Shown piece by piece: positions 10,250 to 20,008 of a DNA stretch of 64,000 nt (position 1 is the stretch's first letter; every line of letters starts with the position of its first letter). Below the pieces are notes generated by a model. The model searched no databases. It had not been told where the DNA came from and was given only the letters and a program-made list of their open reading frames with translations. The position numbers and the translations under genes were made by a program. The DNA comes from Anaerolineae bacterium (GTDB taxonomy: Bacteria > Chloroflexota > Anaerolineae > B4-G1 > DUEL01): positions 1 through 64,000 of the forward strand of contig JAFGEI010000004.1 of the NCBI GenBank assembly GCA_016931695.1. The letters are read 5' to 3'.

Positions 10250-11692
10250 TCACGCGATCACCTGGCCCTGCATGTCCGGCGGCACGCGCAGCCCCATCCA
10301 CTGTAACACCGTGGGCGCCACGTCCATCAACTGCATCCCGGCGACAGTTCGACCACCATAGTTTCGCCGCGGGTCCCACAGGATCAACACCCCATCCTGG
10401 TCGTGATTTGCGTCATCCGGCCCTGTGTCGTTCTCGGTCGTGTAGAGCTGGGGCAGCCCAAAAGAGCCGACCGCCCGCCAGCGCAGGTTGCCGAAATAGA
10501 CCAGCAGGTCGGGGGCGACGTTGCGCACCTCCCGGTAAAGTTCCTGCGGCTTGAAGGCGACCGAGCCCATCGGCTCTCCCGCGGGATCGGGGATCGCTTC
10601 GATCCGCTCTTTCAGTTCGTCGCGCGCCTGTTCGTAGCGGGCGGCGGGGATCTTGCCCTGCGGCTCCCGTCCCTGCACGTTCATAAAGATGCGCGAATAG
10701 TAGCCGCCGGCCCCCCAGGCGGTCGTTCGTTCCCAATCGACCTCCACCTTCTCGAAGGGGACCAGCCCCTCGTGGGGCATCTCGTCCTCCTTGAGCACCA
10801 GCAGCCCCTCCTGTCGCAGCCACTCGTTGACGGCAAAGCCCCCTTCCATCGCCTGGGCGCCGTGGTCGGAAACCACCATCACCACGGTGTCGTCGTCCAG
10901 CATGCCCAGTATCTCGCCCAATTCTCGATCCAGGTAGCGATAGTAGGCGGGGATGGCATCCTGGTAGCGGTTACCCGGTTCGTGCCTGGCGTGCGCGGGG
11001 TCCCAGAATTTCCACATGCCGTGGTGGATGCGGTCCAGCCCGATCTCGACGAACATGAAGAAATCCCACGGCTTTTCCCGCAGCAAGTATTTGATCACCG
11101 CGAACCGTTTCTCGGTCATCTCCTGGATCTGTCGCAAGAGATGGTCCTTGTCCTCGGTGCGGAACTGGGGAACGTCGACGTCATAGATGCGCCCCGCGAG
11201 GACCTGGTCGATCTCGTGGCGCAGCTCGTTGGGAAACGTGTATTGGCGCTGAGTGCTGGGGGTCAGGAAACTGCTGACCAGGTTGCCCCGCAGGGGGCGG
11301 ATGGGGTACGTCTGCGGCACGCCGACGACGACCGAGGTCTTGTCCGCCGCGCTCAAAATGTCCCAGACCCGTTTTTCGTGGATGGCGTCGGCGGTCGCGA
11401 TGGTCATGCGGTCGTAGGAGTGATCGGCCCGGTTGCGAAAGCCATAGAACCCCAGCACGCCAGGATCCTTGCTGGAGAGCATCGAGGTCCAGGCCGGGAC
11501 GGTGATGCAGGGGATGGAACTGGACAGGGGGCCGTAGAGCCCCTCGTCGATCAAGCGGCTCAAGTTGGGCAGTTGGTCCTTCAGGCCGATGCGGCTCTCT
11601 GCGCCGGTCTGGAACAACACCGGCGGCGGGGCACAATCGAGCCCGACGACGAGGACCTTGCGGGACTTTTGACGCGAGAATAGCTTGAGCAT
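10250..11692 (-). CDS. Alkaline-phosphatase superfamily protein (type I phosphodiesterase / nucleotide pyrophosphatase-like)
   Basis: Metal and catalytic motifs of the AP/NPP family ([25 protein letters not shown]). 480 aa. Confidence 0.75.
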   Translation of the reverse strand: MLKLFSRQKSRKVLVVGLDCAPPPVLFQTGAESRIGLKDQLPNLSRLIDEGLYGPLSSSIPCITVPAWTSMLSSKDPGVLGFYGFRNRADHSYDRMTIATADAIHEKRVWDILSAADKTSVVVGVPQTYPIRPLRGNLVSSFLTPSTQRQYTFPNELRHEIDQVLAGRIYDVDVPQFRTEDKDHLLRQIQEMTEKRFAVIKYLLREKPWDFFMFVEIGLDRIHHGMWKFWDPAHARHEPGNRYQDAIPAYYRYLDRELGEILGMLDDDTVVMVVSDHGAQAMEGGFAVNEWLRQEGLLVLKEDEMPHEGLVPFEKVEVDWERTTAWGAGGYYSRIFMNVQGREPQGKIPAARYEQARDELKERIEAIPDPAGEPMGSVAFKPQELYREVRNVAPDLLVYFGNLRWRAVGSFGLPQLYTTENDTGPDDANHDQDGVLILWDPRRNYGGRTVAGMQLMDVAPTVLQWMGLRVPPDMQGQVIA

Positions 11693-11763
11693 AAGAAATC
11701 CTTTCTAGCACAATGTTCCAGGGTTCAGGCTTGAGACACTCAACCTGAAATCTGGAACTTGTC

Positions 11764-12963
11764 CTATTCCGCTCCCCGTCGTTGTTGCTGCACGCCTTCC
11801 AGCAGTACCCTGGCGACCTCGGGGCGGGTGAACTCTTCGGGCAGCATCTCGCCCCGCTCGAGCATCTCGCGGACCTGGGTGCCGCTCAAAAAGACCCAGT
11901 CCTCGCGCCCGTGGGGACAGGTCTTGGCGGAGACGACCGCCCGGCACTTTTTGCAGTAAAAGGCGTGCTCGAATTTGAGCGGGGTGATGCCAATTTCGTC
12001 GGGTGAGAACTGGTTGAAAATGTTTTGGGCATCGTAGGTGCCATAGTACTTGCCCACGCCGGCGTGGTCGCGCCCGACGATAAAGTGGGTGCAGCCGTAG
12101 TTCTTGCGGGCGATGGCATGCCAGATCGCCTCGCGGGGGCCGGCATAGCGCATTGCAGCGGGGAAAACTCCCAGCAGCACGCGCTCGGCGGGGTAGTAAT
12201 CGCGCAGGATGGTCTGGTAAGAGGCGATGCGCACGTCGGCGGGGATGTCGTCGATCTTGGTCTCGCCGACCAGCGGGTGCAGGAAAAGGCCATCGACGAT
12301 CTCGAGCGCCGTCTTTTGGATGTACTCGTGGGCGCGGTGAATGGGGTTGCGGGTCTGGAAGCCGACCACGGAGCGCCAGCCGCGCCGGGCGAACATGCGC
12401 CGCGTCTGGGCCGGCGTGTGGCGCAGTTCAGGGAATTCGGTCTTGGCCGCGCTGGGCCAATCGACCAGCCAGACGTCGCCGCCCAGCAGGACGTCGCCCA
12501 GGCCATAGACGCGCGCGACGCCGGGATGGGCCTCCTCGGTGGTCTTGTAAACCTCGCGGGCCTCCCGCTCCTTGGTCTCGCGGTCATAGGGGTACTTTTC
12601 CTCGACCTCCATCACCGCCAGAACCCGGTCGCCCTCGCAGAGGGCCACTTCCTGTCCCTCCTTGATGCGCTCGGCCAATTCTTGTTCCACCGGCATGGTG
12701 ATGGGGATTGCCCAGACCAGCCCATTGCTCAGCCGCATCTCTTCGACGCAGCGGTCATAGTCAGCTTTGCGCATGAAACCGGTGAGCGGGCTGAGGGCAC
12801 CGTTTGCCAGCAGCTCTAGGTCAGAGAATCCCATCGGACTGAGGGGAATCTTGGCCATCTGTTCGGCCCGCTCTTGCACTGCTTCCCGCACCTCGCCGCG
12901 CAGGACACGGTCGACCAGCACGCCGCCGTGGGGACGAATCACGTCGTAAAATGTCTCGCTCAA
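11764..12963 (-). CDS. sat: Sulfate adenylyltransferase (ATP sulfurylase)
   Basis: [11 protein letters not shown] and GRDHAGVG motifs; about 400 aa, homo-oligomeric type. Confidence 0.9.
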   Translation of the reverse strand: MSETFYDVIRPHGGVLVDRVLRGEVREAVQERAEQMAKIPLSPMGFSDLELLANGALSPLTGFMRKADYDRCVEEMRLSNGLVWAIPITMPVEQELAERIKEGQEVALCEGDRVLAVMEVEEKYPYDRETKEREAREVYKTTEEAHPGVARVYGLGDVLLGGDVWLVDWPSAAKTEFPELRHTPAQTRRMFARRGWRSVVGFQTRNPIHRAHEYIQKTALEIVDGLFLHPLVGETKIDDIPADVRIASYQTILRDYYPAERVLLGVFPAAMRYAGPREAIWHAIARKNYGCTHFIVGRDHAGVGKYYGTYDAQNIFNQFSPDEIGITPLKFEHAFYCKKCRAVVSAKTCPHGREDWVFLSGTQVREMLERGEMLPEEFTRPEVARVLLEGVQQQRRGAE

Positions 12964-12998
12964 AGTAATACTCCTCTCTCAATTGTTGGATATCCGGA

Positions 12999-13071
12999 CA
13001 GCTGCTCGTCACTTTCCGCCGGGTTGCCAGGACGACAATCCTGCCGGAGCGGGAGAGCAGTGACAGCGCTG
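12999..13071. repeat. Family-2-related intergenic inverted repeat (copy D)
   Basis: Inverted pair gctgctcgtcactttccgccgg / ccggagcgggagagcagtgacagc. Shares acgacaatcctgccggagcgggagagc with the copy at 13262-13290. Confidence 0.5.
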
Positions 13072-13257
13072 TGTGGCTATTCTACTTCAGTGTGCCAGGG
13101 TTGGCAAGAAAAGATCTGCGCCGCGCTTCCGTGACGAAATGCTCTCCGTATCGCTGGATCTGGCAGCCTGTCCCGAGCAAAGCGGAAATAGACCCCAAGT
13201 GTGATTGCCCTGGCCCCTCGCACGAGGTATTTGACACAACCGGGGATATCAGTATAC

Positions 13258-13321
13258 TTTTGTTGTCACGACAATTTTCCTGGGCGGGAGAGCTTCCAGG
13301 CGGGCAGCCTGAGCAGTTGCC
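13258..13321. repeat. Family-2 intergenic element, partial (copy C)
   Basis: ttgttgtcacgacaat matches ttgtagcacgacaat at 5256. gagcttccaggcgggcagcctgagcagttgcc matches the right arm of the 19357-19494 copy. Confidence 0.55.
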
Positions 13322-13452
13322 TTCCATACAGTGAAAACAGTAAAAGGAGCACCCCCCCCATTGGTGAAGGAGGTGATGAGCAAAGAAAGTGAAAACTGTT
13401 CCATTGAACTGCTGATAACCCTTTCCTGAGACTATTTGAGGAGGAGAAAAAG

Positions 13453-15132
13453 ATGAAAAAACTGCGCATTCTCAGCGCCCTGACTGTAGCCTTGTTGCTC
13501 GTCAGCCTGCTTGCCGCTTGTGGTGGCGGAGAAACGGCGACGCCGACCGAAGCCCCCACCGATGTGCCGACAGAGCCGCCGACGGCTTTTGAGCCGATGA
13601 GCCACTCTGCCGACAGCTGTGACTATGGCGGCGAGTTCCTGACCATCGAGGCGCTCGACGAACTGACCGTCCAGTTCACCCTTTGCTATCCCGATCCCGC
13701 CTTCCCTTCCAAGATCGCCTTCTCCGCGCTGAACATTAACGACGCCGGCTATCTGGAAGAGACCGGCGGCGGCGGTGACCTGGTCTCCGCCCCGAACGGT
13801 ACCGGCCCCTACATGGTCGAGAACTGGGTCCGCGGCGAACAGCTGGTGCTCACGCGCTTTGACGATTACTGGGGCACGCCCGCCATCGCCGACACCGTCA
13901 TCTTTCGCTGGAACTCGGAGGCGGCCGCCCGCCTGGTCGAGCTGCAGGCCGGCACGGTGGACGGCATCGACAACCCGGCCTCGGACGACTTTGACGTCAT
14001 CGAGGGCGACCCCGACCTGGCCCTCTACGAACGGCCGGGCACCAACATCTTTTACCTGGGCATGAACAACTGGTACCCGCCTTTTGACAACGAGCGCGTG
14101 CGCCAGGCCTTTGCCATGGCCATCGACAAAGAGCGCATCGTCAACAACTTTTACCCTCGCGGCTCGATCGTCGCCGACCAGTTTATGCCGCCCTCGATCT
14201 TTGGCTACACCCCCGAGGTCGAGTGGTGGGAGTACAACCCCACAGAGGCACAGCGGATCCTGGAGGAAGAGGGCGTGCTGCCCGGCTTCCAGACCACCAT
14301 CACCTATCGTGACGTGGTCCGCTCCTACCTGCCCGAGCCCGGCGTCGTGGCCCAGGACATCCAGGCCCAGCTGGCCGAGATCGGGGTCGAGGTCGAGATC
14401 GTAGTCATGGAGTCCGGCACCTTCCTCGACGCCGCCGATGCTGGCGAGGTCGACGGCTTCCACCTGCTGGGCTGGGGCGCTGACTTCCCCGACGCCGTCA
14501 ACTTTCTCGACTTTCACTTTGGCCGCGGCGCCTCCGACCAGTTCGGCGACGGCTTTGAGGACATCTGGGACGCCCTGGAGCGCGGTGGCTCTCTGGCCGA
14601 CCCCGACGATCGCTACCCCATCTACATCGAGGCCAACGAGCTGATCCGGGAACACGTGCCAATGATTCCCATCGCCCACGGCGGCTCTGGCTGCGCTTAC
14701 CAGGCGGACGTCGCCGGCGCCCACTCCAGCCCGCTGGGCAACGAGTACTTTGCGGTGATGGACCCCGGCGGCCGCAGCCAGTTCGTCTGGATGCAGAACG
14801 CCGAACCGATCGGCCTCTACTGCGCCGACGAGACGGACGGCGAGTCGCTGCGCGCCTGCGAGCAGATCAACGAGCCACTGCTGGCCTACGAGGTCGGCGG
14901 TACCGCCATCGTTCCGGCATTGGCGACCGAGTGCACCGCCAACGACGACCTGACCGTGTGGACCTGCACCCTGCGCGACGGTGTCAAGTTCCACAACGGC
15001 GCGACCTTTGACGCCAACGACGTCGTGCTCTCCTACGTGGCACAGTGGGATGCGGCTCACCCGCTGCACGTCGGCCGCGACGGCAACTTTACTTACTTTA
15101 ACGCCTTCTTTGGGGCTTTTCTGAACGAATAG
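13453..15132 (+). CDS. ABC transporter substrate-binding lipoprotein, family 5 (DppA/OppA-like)
   Basis: Signal peptide plus lipobox LLAACGGG, a Thr/Pro-rich linker, and an SBP family 5 body. GAGGAGGAGAAAAAG SD precedes the ATG. Confidence 0.9.
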   Translation: MKKLRILSALTVALLLVSLLAACGGGETATPTEAPTDVPTEPPTAFEPMSHSADSCDYGGEFLTIEALDELTVQFTLCYPDPAFPSKIAFSALNINDAGYLEETGGGGDLVSAPNGTGPYMVENWVRGEQLVLTRFDDYWGTPAIADTVIFRWNSEAAARLVELQAGTVDGIDNPASDDFDVIEGDPDLALYERPGTNIFYLGMNNWYPPFDNERVRQAFAMAIDKERIVNNFYPRGSIVADQFMPPSIFGYTPEVEWWEYNPTEAQRILEEEGVLPGFQTTITYRDVVRSYLPEPGVVAQDIQAQLAEIGVEVEIVVMESGTFLDAADAGEVDGFHLLGWGADFPDAVNFLDFHFGRGASDQFGDGFEDIWDALERGGSLADPDDRYPIYIEANELIREHVPMIPIAHGGSGCAYQADVAGAHSSPLGNEYFAVMDPGGRSQFVWMQNAEPIGLYCADETDGESLRACEQINEPLLAYEVGGTAIVPALATECTANDDLTVWTCTLRDGVKFHNGATFDANDVVLSYVAQWDAAHPLHVGRDGNFTYFNAFFGAFLNE

Positions 15133-15150
15133 CTTGACGTCGCACCTGTT

Positions 15151-15190
15151 CCTGGTGGGGTGCTGGCTTTTGAGCCAGTGCCCCACCAGG
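15151..15190 (+). terminator. Strong hairpin between dppA and dppB (attenuator or partial terminator)
   Basis: cctggtggggtgctggc-ttttga-gccagtgccccaccagg forms a 17-nt stem with 2 mismatches. It lies 19 nt after the SBP stop, the usual position for SBP-versus-permease differential expression. Confidence 0.5.
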
Positions 15191-15225
15191 GCTGTCTCCT
15201 GCTTGGACGACCAAGAGAGTGTGTT

Positions 15226-16305
15226 ATGACCAGTTACATCATCAGACGGTTGCTGCTGGCAATCCCGGTGCTGTTGGGGATTCTCTTTGCCACTTTTGCC
15301 CTGGCGCGCCTGCTGCCGGGGGACCCGTGCCGGGCCGTCCTGGGCGAGCACGCCACCGACGCAATCTGCGATGCCTTCATGGAGCGGCACGGCCTGGACA
15401 AGCCCATCCCCACCCAGTTCGTGATCTACCTGGGTGAAGTGGCGCGGGGGGAGTTTGGCAATTCGCTCCGCTTCCAGCGGCCGGTCACCGACCTGCTCTC
15501 CGAACGCCTGCCGGTCACGGTCGAGCTGTCCCTCAGCGCGCTGTTCATCGCTACCATCGTTGGCATCCCTCTGGGTGTCATCTCGGCCTATTGGCGCAAC
15601 TCGCCCATCGACGTGGGCACGATGCTGCTGGCGAACACGGGGGTTTCCATGCCCGTCTTTTGGCTGGGCCTGATGCTGGCCTACGCCTTTGCTATCTTGC
15701 TGAAAGGCACTCCTTTCTGGCTGCCCCCGTCGGGCCGGATGACCTCTGGTATGTACCTGCCGCCGCTGTACGAGGCGTGGAACCTGGCCCTGGAGGAAGG
15801 GAGCGCCCTCTACAACATCCTCGCCTTCATATCCAACATGAACATCCTCAACGCCCTGCTGACTGGCAGTTGGGAGGAGCTGTGGGACGCGATCAAACAC
15901 ATGATTTTGCCCGCAGCAGCGCTGGGAACCATCCCGATGTCGATCATTGCCCGCATGACTCGCTCCAGCCTGCTCGAAGTGCTTGGCCTCGACTATGTCC
16001 GCGTGGCGCGATCCAAGGGACTGCGCGAGCTGATGGTGGTGCTCAAGCACGCCTTGCGCAACGCCCTGCTCCCCGTCGTCACCATCATTGGCCTGCAGCT
16101 CGGCTACCTGCTGGGCGGCGCGGTGCTGACCGAGACTATCTTTGGGCTGACCGGAGTGGGTAAATCGCTCTTTGAGGCGATCACGGCCCGCGATTACGTG
16201 GTCGTGCAGGTGTTCACACTGGTCATTGCGGTCGGTTTTGTCATCATCAACCTGATTGTCGACCTGTCGTACGCCTTTCTCGATCCGCGCGTTCGCTTCG
16301 AGTGA
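15226..16305 (+). CDS. ABC transporter permease (DppB/OppB-like)
   Basis: MTSYIIRRLLLAIPVLLGILF... is a typical N-terminus. Start chosen downstream of the hairpin. The ORF track's GTG at 15160 lies inside the hairpin. Confidence 0.85.
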   Translation: MTSYIIRRLLLAIPVLLGILFATFALARLLPGDPCRAVLGEHATDAICDAFMERHGLDKPIPTQFVIYLGEVARGEFGNSLRFQRPVTDLLSERLPVTVELSLSALFIATIVGIPLGVISAYWRNSPIDVGTMLLANTGVSMPVFWLGLMLAYAFAILLKGTPFWLPPSGRMTSGMYLPPLYEAWNLALEEGSALYNILAFISNMNILNALLTGSWEELWDAIKHMILPAAALGTIPMSIIARMTRSSLLEVLGLDYVRVARSKGLRELMVVLKHALRNALLPVVTIIGLQLGYLLGGAVLTETIFGLTGVGKSLFEAITARDYVVVQVFTLVIAVGFVIINLIVDLSYAFLDPRVRFE

Positions 16306-16325
16306 GCAGAACGGAGAGCCCGTCT

Positions 16326-17276
16326 ATGGCTGAACAAGCTGAGAACAAGAGAAACCGACGGCGGCCGCCGCGCAAGGGAAGCAGCCTGTGGCACGATGCC
16401 CTGCGCTATCTGCTCCGCCAGCGCTCGGCCATCCTCGGCCTCGTCATCCTCGGGATCATGCTCGTTGTGGCCATCTTTGCCCCGCTGATCGCTACCCACA
16501 GCCCAACACTGTCGATGCTCGACGTTCCAGAAGAGGTCGAGATGGGCGTCCGCCGCCGCCTGCCGCCGTGCATTCACCTCCTTGGCTGCCCGGAGGAGCA
16601 GCCGCAGCACATCCTGGGCTTGGACAGCAACGTGCGGGACCTGTTCAGCCGCATTGTGTATGGCTCCCGCTACTCGCTTTACATCGGTTTTGCCTCGGTG
16701 GGGTTCGCCATCGTGATCGGCGTCTTGTTGGGCGCGGTGGGGGGGTACCTCGGCGGGTGGGTCGACAACGTGATCATGCGGATTATGGATGTGTTACTGG
16801 CCTTTCCCACCCTGCTGCTGGCGATCGCCATCGTCACCGTGCTGGGGCCGGGGCTGGTCAATGCCTTATTGGCCATCGGCATCGTCTCCATTCCCGCTTA
16901 TGCCCGGGTGATGCGCGCCAGCGTCATCTCGATCAAGGAACGGGACTTTGTGGTCGCCGACCGGGCGCTGGGGGCCTCGCCGGGCCGCATCCTGGTGCGC
17001 CGCATCCTGCCCAATGCCATCACGCCGATGATCGTGCAAGGGACGCTGGGAATCGCCACGGCGATCCTGGACGCGGCAGCGCTCTCTTTCCTGGGGCTCG
17101 GCGCCCAACCGCCGACCCCCGAATGGGGCACGATGTTGGGCGCGGAGAGGACGCAGGTCTTTACCTCGCCGCACCTGGTCTTTTTCCCCGGCCTGATGAT
17201 CATGCTCGTCGTGCTGGCTTTTAACCTGCTGGGCGACGGCCTGCGCGACGCCCTCGACCCGCGCCTCAACCGTTGA
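16326..17276 (+). CDS. ABC transporter permease (DppC/OppC-like)
   Basis: Permease family with the conserved EAA-like region. ATG at 16326 has a GGAGAG SD 9 nt upstream. The ORF track GTG at 16302 overlaps the dppB stop. Confidence 0.85.
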   Translation: MAEQAENKRNRRRPPRKGSSLWHDALRYLLRQRSAILGLVILGIMLVVAIFAPLIATHSPTLSMLDVPEEVEMGVRRRLPPCIHLLGCPEEQPQHILGLDSNVRDLFSRIVYGSRYSLYIGFASVGFAIVIGVLLGAVGGYLGGWVDNVIMRIMDVLLAFPTLLLAIAIVTVLGPGLVNALLAIGIVSIPAYARVMRASVISIKERDFVVADRALGASPGRILVRRILPNAITPMIVQGTLGIATAILDAAALSFLGLGAQPPTPEWGTMLGAERTQVFTSPHLVFFPGLMIMLVVLAFNLLGDGLRDALDPRLNR

Positions 17277-17301
17277 CCGGAACAGGCTGTAGGTGATCGT
17301 G

Positions 17302-18315
17302 ATGGAAACAATGACTGATCGGACCCCACAGGCGGCGCCACCGTCGAATGACAGCATGCTCGACATTCGTGATCTGCGCACCTATTTCTATACCCAGGAC
17401 GGCGTCGTCAAGGCCGTTGACGGCGTCGATTTTTCCGTGCGCCAGGGCGAAATCGTGGGCCTGGTCGGCGAGTCCGGCTGCGGCAAGAGCGTCACCGCCC
17501 TCTCGGTGCTGCGCTTGATCGCCCATCCCGGCAAGATCGAGTCCGGCGAGATATTCTTCGACGGCGTCGACCTGCTCACCCTGCCGCGGCGGGAGATGAC
17601 CCGCATCCGCGGCAGCCGCATCTCGATGATCTTTCAGCAGCCAACCAGCTGCCTCAACCCGGTTTTCGACATCGGCGACCAGCTGGCCGAGGTGCTGGCA
17701 ATTCACAAAAAACTCAAGCGGCGCGTCGGGCGTGAACGGGCCGTCGAATTGCTCAACACCGTCGGTATTCCCGATCCGGAAAAGCGGATCCACGCTTATC
17801 CGCACGAGCTTTCGGGCGGCCAGGCGCAGCGGACGATGATCGCCATGGCCCTGGCCTGTGATCCCGAGCTGCTGATCGCCGACGAGCCGACCACGGCGCT
17901 GGACGTGACGATCCAGGCCCAAATCCTGGACCTGATGCGCAGCCTGCAGGACAGCAGCGGCGCGGCGATTATCCTCATCACCCACGACCTGGGGATCGTC
18001 GCCGAGATGGCCTCCCGCGTGGCGGTGATGTATGCCGGCCAGATCGTCGAGGAGGCGGACGTCACCACCCTGTTCGACGAGCCGCTGCATCCCTACACCC
18101 GGGGCCTGCTCGCCTCGATCCCGGTATTGGGACAGGTGAAGGACGAATTGGAGGTCATCCCGGGCGTCGTGCCCAACCTGATCGACCTGCCGCCCGGCTG
18201 CCGCTTTGCGCCCCGCTGCCGCTACCGGATGCCGGTTTGCAGTGAACAAGACCCCGCCATCTTGACCGTGGCGTCGGGGCACCGGGTCCGATGTTGGTTG
18301 CACGCCGGGCAGTAG
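17302..18315 (+). CDS. ABC transporter ATP-binding protein (DppD/OppD-like)
   Basis: Walker [14 protein letters not shown] signature, and an oligopeptide-type C-terminal Cys motif ([14 protein letters not shown]). Confidence 0.9.
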   Translation: METMTDRTPQAAPPSNDSMLDIRDLRTYFYTQDGVVKAVDGVDFSVRQGEIVGLVGESGCGKSVTALSVLRLIAHPGKIESGEIFFDGVDLLTLPRREMTRIRGSRISMIFQQPTSCLNPVFDIGDQLAEVLAIHKKLKRRVGRERAVELLNTVGIPDPEKRIHAYPHELSGGQAQRTMIAMALACDPELLIADEPTTALDVTIQAQILDLMRSLQDSSGAAIILITHDLGIVAEMASRVAVMYAGQIVEEADVTTLFDEPLHPYTRGLLASIPVLGQVKDELEVIPGVVPNLIDLPPGCRFAPRCRYRMPVCSEQDPAILTVASGHRVRCWLHAGQ

Positions 18316-18351
18316 CGACAGCGGGAGTAGCAGGAAGACGAGGGAAAGAGC

Positions 18352-19353
18352 GTGAAACAAGCTGCTGAGAATCTGATCGAGGTCAATCACCTGTTCAAAT
18401 ACTTTCCCGTCCACGGGGGGGTCCTGCGGCGCGTCCAGGGCTGGGTCAAAGCGGTCGACGACGTCAGCTTTACCATCCGCGTTGGGGAAACATTGGGGCT
18501 GGTCGGCGAGTCCGGCTGTGGCAAGACGACCATCGGCCGCTCGATCTTGCGCCTGATCGAGCCCACTCGCGGGCAGGTGCTGTTCGACGGCCAGGACCTG
18601 GTGGCGATGAAGGCCAAAGAGCTCAAGGCTATGCGGCGCAAGATGCAGATCATCTTTCAGGACCCCTATTCCTCCCTCGACCCCCGCGCCCAAATTGGCA
18701 CCATCATCGGCGAAGCGCTGCAGGTTCACGGCGTCAGGGACGCGGCGGAACGCCAGGAACGGGTGATGGAGATATTGACCAAGGTCGGACTGGCCGAAGA
18801 CCACATCCGCCGCTATCCGCACGAGTTCTCTGGCGGTCAGCGGCAGCGCATCGGCATCGCCCGCGCCCTGGTCCTGCGCCCCAGCTTTATCGTCTGTGAC
18901 GAGCCGGTATCCGCCCTGGACGTCTCCATCCAGTCCCAGGTTCTCAACCTGCTGCGGGCGCTGCAGCGCGAGTTCGGCCTGACCTACCTGTTTATCGCCC
19001 ACAACCTGCAGGTGGTCGAGCACATCAGCGACCGCGTGGCGGTCATGTACCTGGGCAAGATCGTCGAGACGGCCGACCGCATCGAGCTCTACCGCAGCCC
19101 CCTTCACCCCTATACCCAGGCCCTGATGTCCGCCATCCCCATCCCGGACCCGACCCTGGAGCGGAAGCGGATCATCCTGGAGGGGGACGTTCCCAGCCCC
19201 GTCGATCCGCCGCCCGGCTGTCGTTTCCACCCCCGCTGCCCGTCGGCGATGGATATCTGCGCGCAACAGGAACCCGCGCTGGTGGAAGTTGAGCCGGATC
19301 ACCACGTCGCCTGCTACTTGTTCCACGACGTCAGCACCCAGGGAACGGGTTGA
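18352..19353 (+). CDS. ABC transporter ATP-binding protein (DppF/OppF-like)
   Basis: Walker [17 protein letters not shown] signature, and a C-terminal [14 protein letters not shown] motif. Confidence 0.9.
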   Translation: MKQAAENLIEVNHLFKYFPVHGGVLRRVQGWVKAVDDVSFTIRVGETLGLVGESGCGKTTIGRSILRLIEPTRGQVLFDGQDLVAMKAKELKAMRRKMQIIFQDPYSSLDPRAQIGTIIGEALQVHGVRDAAERQERVMEILTKVGLAEDHIRRYPHEFSGGQRQRIGIARALVLRPSFIVCDEPVSALDVSIQSQVLNLLRALQREFGLTYLFIAHNLQVVEHISDRVAVMYLGKIVETADRIELYRSPLHPYTQALMSAIPIPDPTLERKRIILEGDVPSPVDPPPGCRFHPRCPSAMDICAQQEPALVEVEPDHHVACYLFHDVSTQGTG

Positions 19354-19356
19354 GTG

Positions 19357-19494
19357 ACTGCTCAGGCCACCTTCCCGAAAGCTACAACGTGCCCGTCTGA
19401 TGGGCCGAAATCCGCTGTAGCGAGCAATCTGGTACAAACCAGGAGCGCCGGAGCTTTCGGGAAGGTGCATCGCGAGCATAGCTGAGCAGTTGCC
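19357..19494. repeat. Family-2 palindromic intergenic element, copy B, immediately after the dppF stop
   Basis: Left arm gactgctcaggccaccttcccgaaagct. Right arm gagctttcgggaaggtgcatcgcgagcatagctgagcagttgcc. The reverse complement of the right arm nearly equals the left arm of copy A. Confidence 0.7.
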
Positions 19495-19535
19495 AGATTG
19501 AGGGGAAATGAGGCGCCGGGCCATTTCTTTCAGAC

Positions 19536-19564
19536 TTGTCCCTCAACACGGATTATGGTATAAT
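19536..19564 (+). promoter_or_regulatory. Consensus sigma70-like promoter of the tRNA cluster (TTGTCC-17-TATAAT)
   Basis: cTTGTCCctcaacacggattatggTATAATcc; the -10 ends 10 nt before tRNA-Gly. Confidence 0.6.
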
Positions 19565-19574
19565 CCAATTGTAT

Positions 19575-19647
<73 letters not shown>

Positions 19648-19659
19648 CTTTGTTTTTTG

Positions 19660-19732
<73 letters not shown>

Positions 19733-19783
19733 CCTGAGCAAATTTGAAAACCGGGCAGTCCAGCGGGCTGCCCGTTGCGATAG

Positions 19784-19866
19784 GGGGCGGTGGCGAAACG
19801 GCAGACGCCGGGGACTTAAAATCCTCTGTCCGAAAGGACGTGTGGGTTCGAATCCCACCCGCCCTA
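19784..19866 (+). tRNA. tRNA-Leu (anticodon UAA), long variable arm
   Basis: Acceptor ggggcgg/ccgccct, anticodon stem gggga/tcctc with loop cuUAAaa, variable arm tgtccgaaaggacgt, T-loop GGTTCGAAT. Confidence 0.85.
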
Positions 19867-20008
19867 CTCTCAATTGAGACCCCCAGGCGCCGTGGGCGCT
19901 CATACCTGGGGCCCGACCATCATTGTCGACGACATTGCAGCTATGAAGGGCCAGGATCATTGCTCCGCCAGCCGCGCCGGACAGACCGGAACGGTTGCTT
20001 TTAACCGC

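Noticed and set aside
11725-11752. Hairpin ttcaggcttgag-aca-ctcaacctgaa downstream of sat as an intrinsic terminator
   Set aside because: Stem is imperfect and there is no U-tract on either strand. Left unannotated.
13432-16050. 872-aa ORF on the minus strand
   Set aside because: Entirely antisense to the well-supported dpp operon. Composition is Ala/Arg/Gly/Val-rich, typical of spurious high-GC open frames. The same reasoning rejects 19586..21400(-), 22655..23830(-), 35329..36912(-), 43748..45700(-), 51623..53365(-), 57031..62115(-), 61970..63931(-) and 27314..28660(-).
19874-20008. ORF-track start of the EccC-like gene at 19874
   Set aside because: It begins 8 nt after tRNA-Leu with no SD. 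The EccC-like conserved N-terminus (MPRLQEPLPRGEIEL) starts at 20009.
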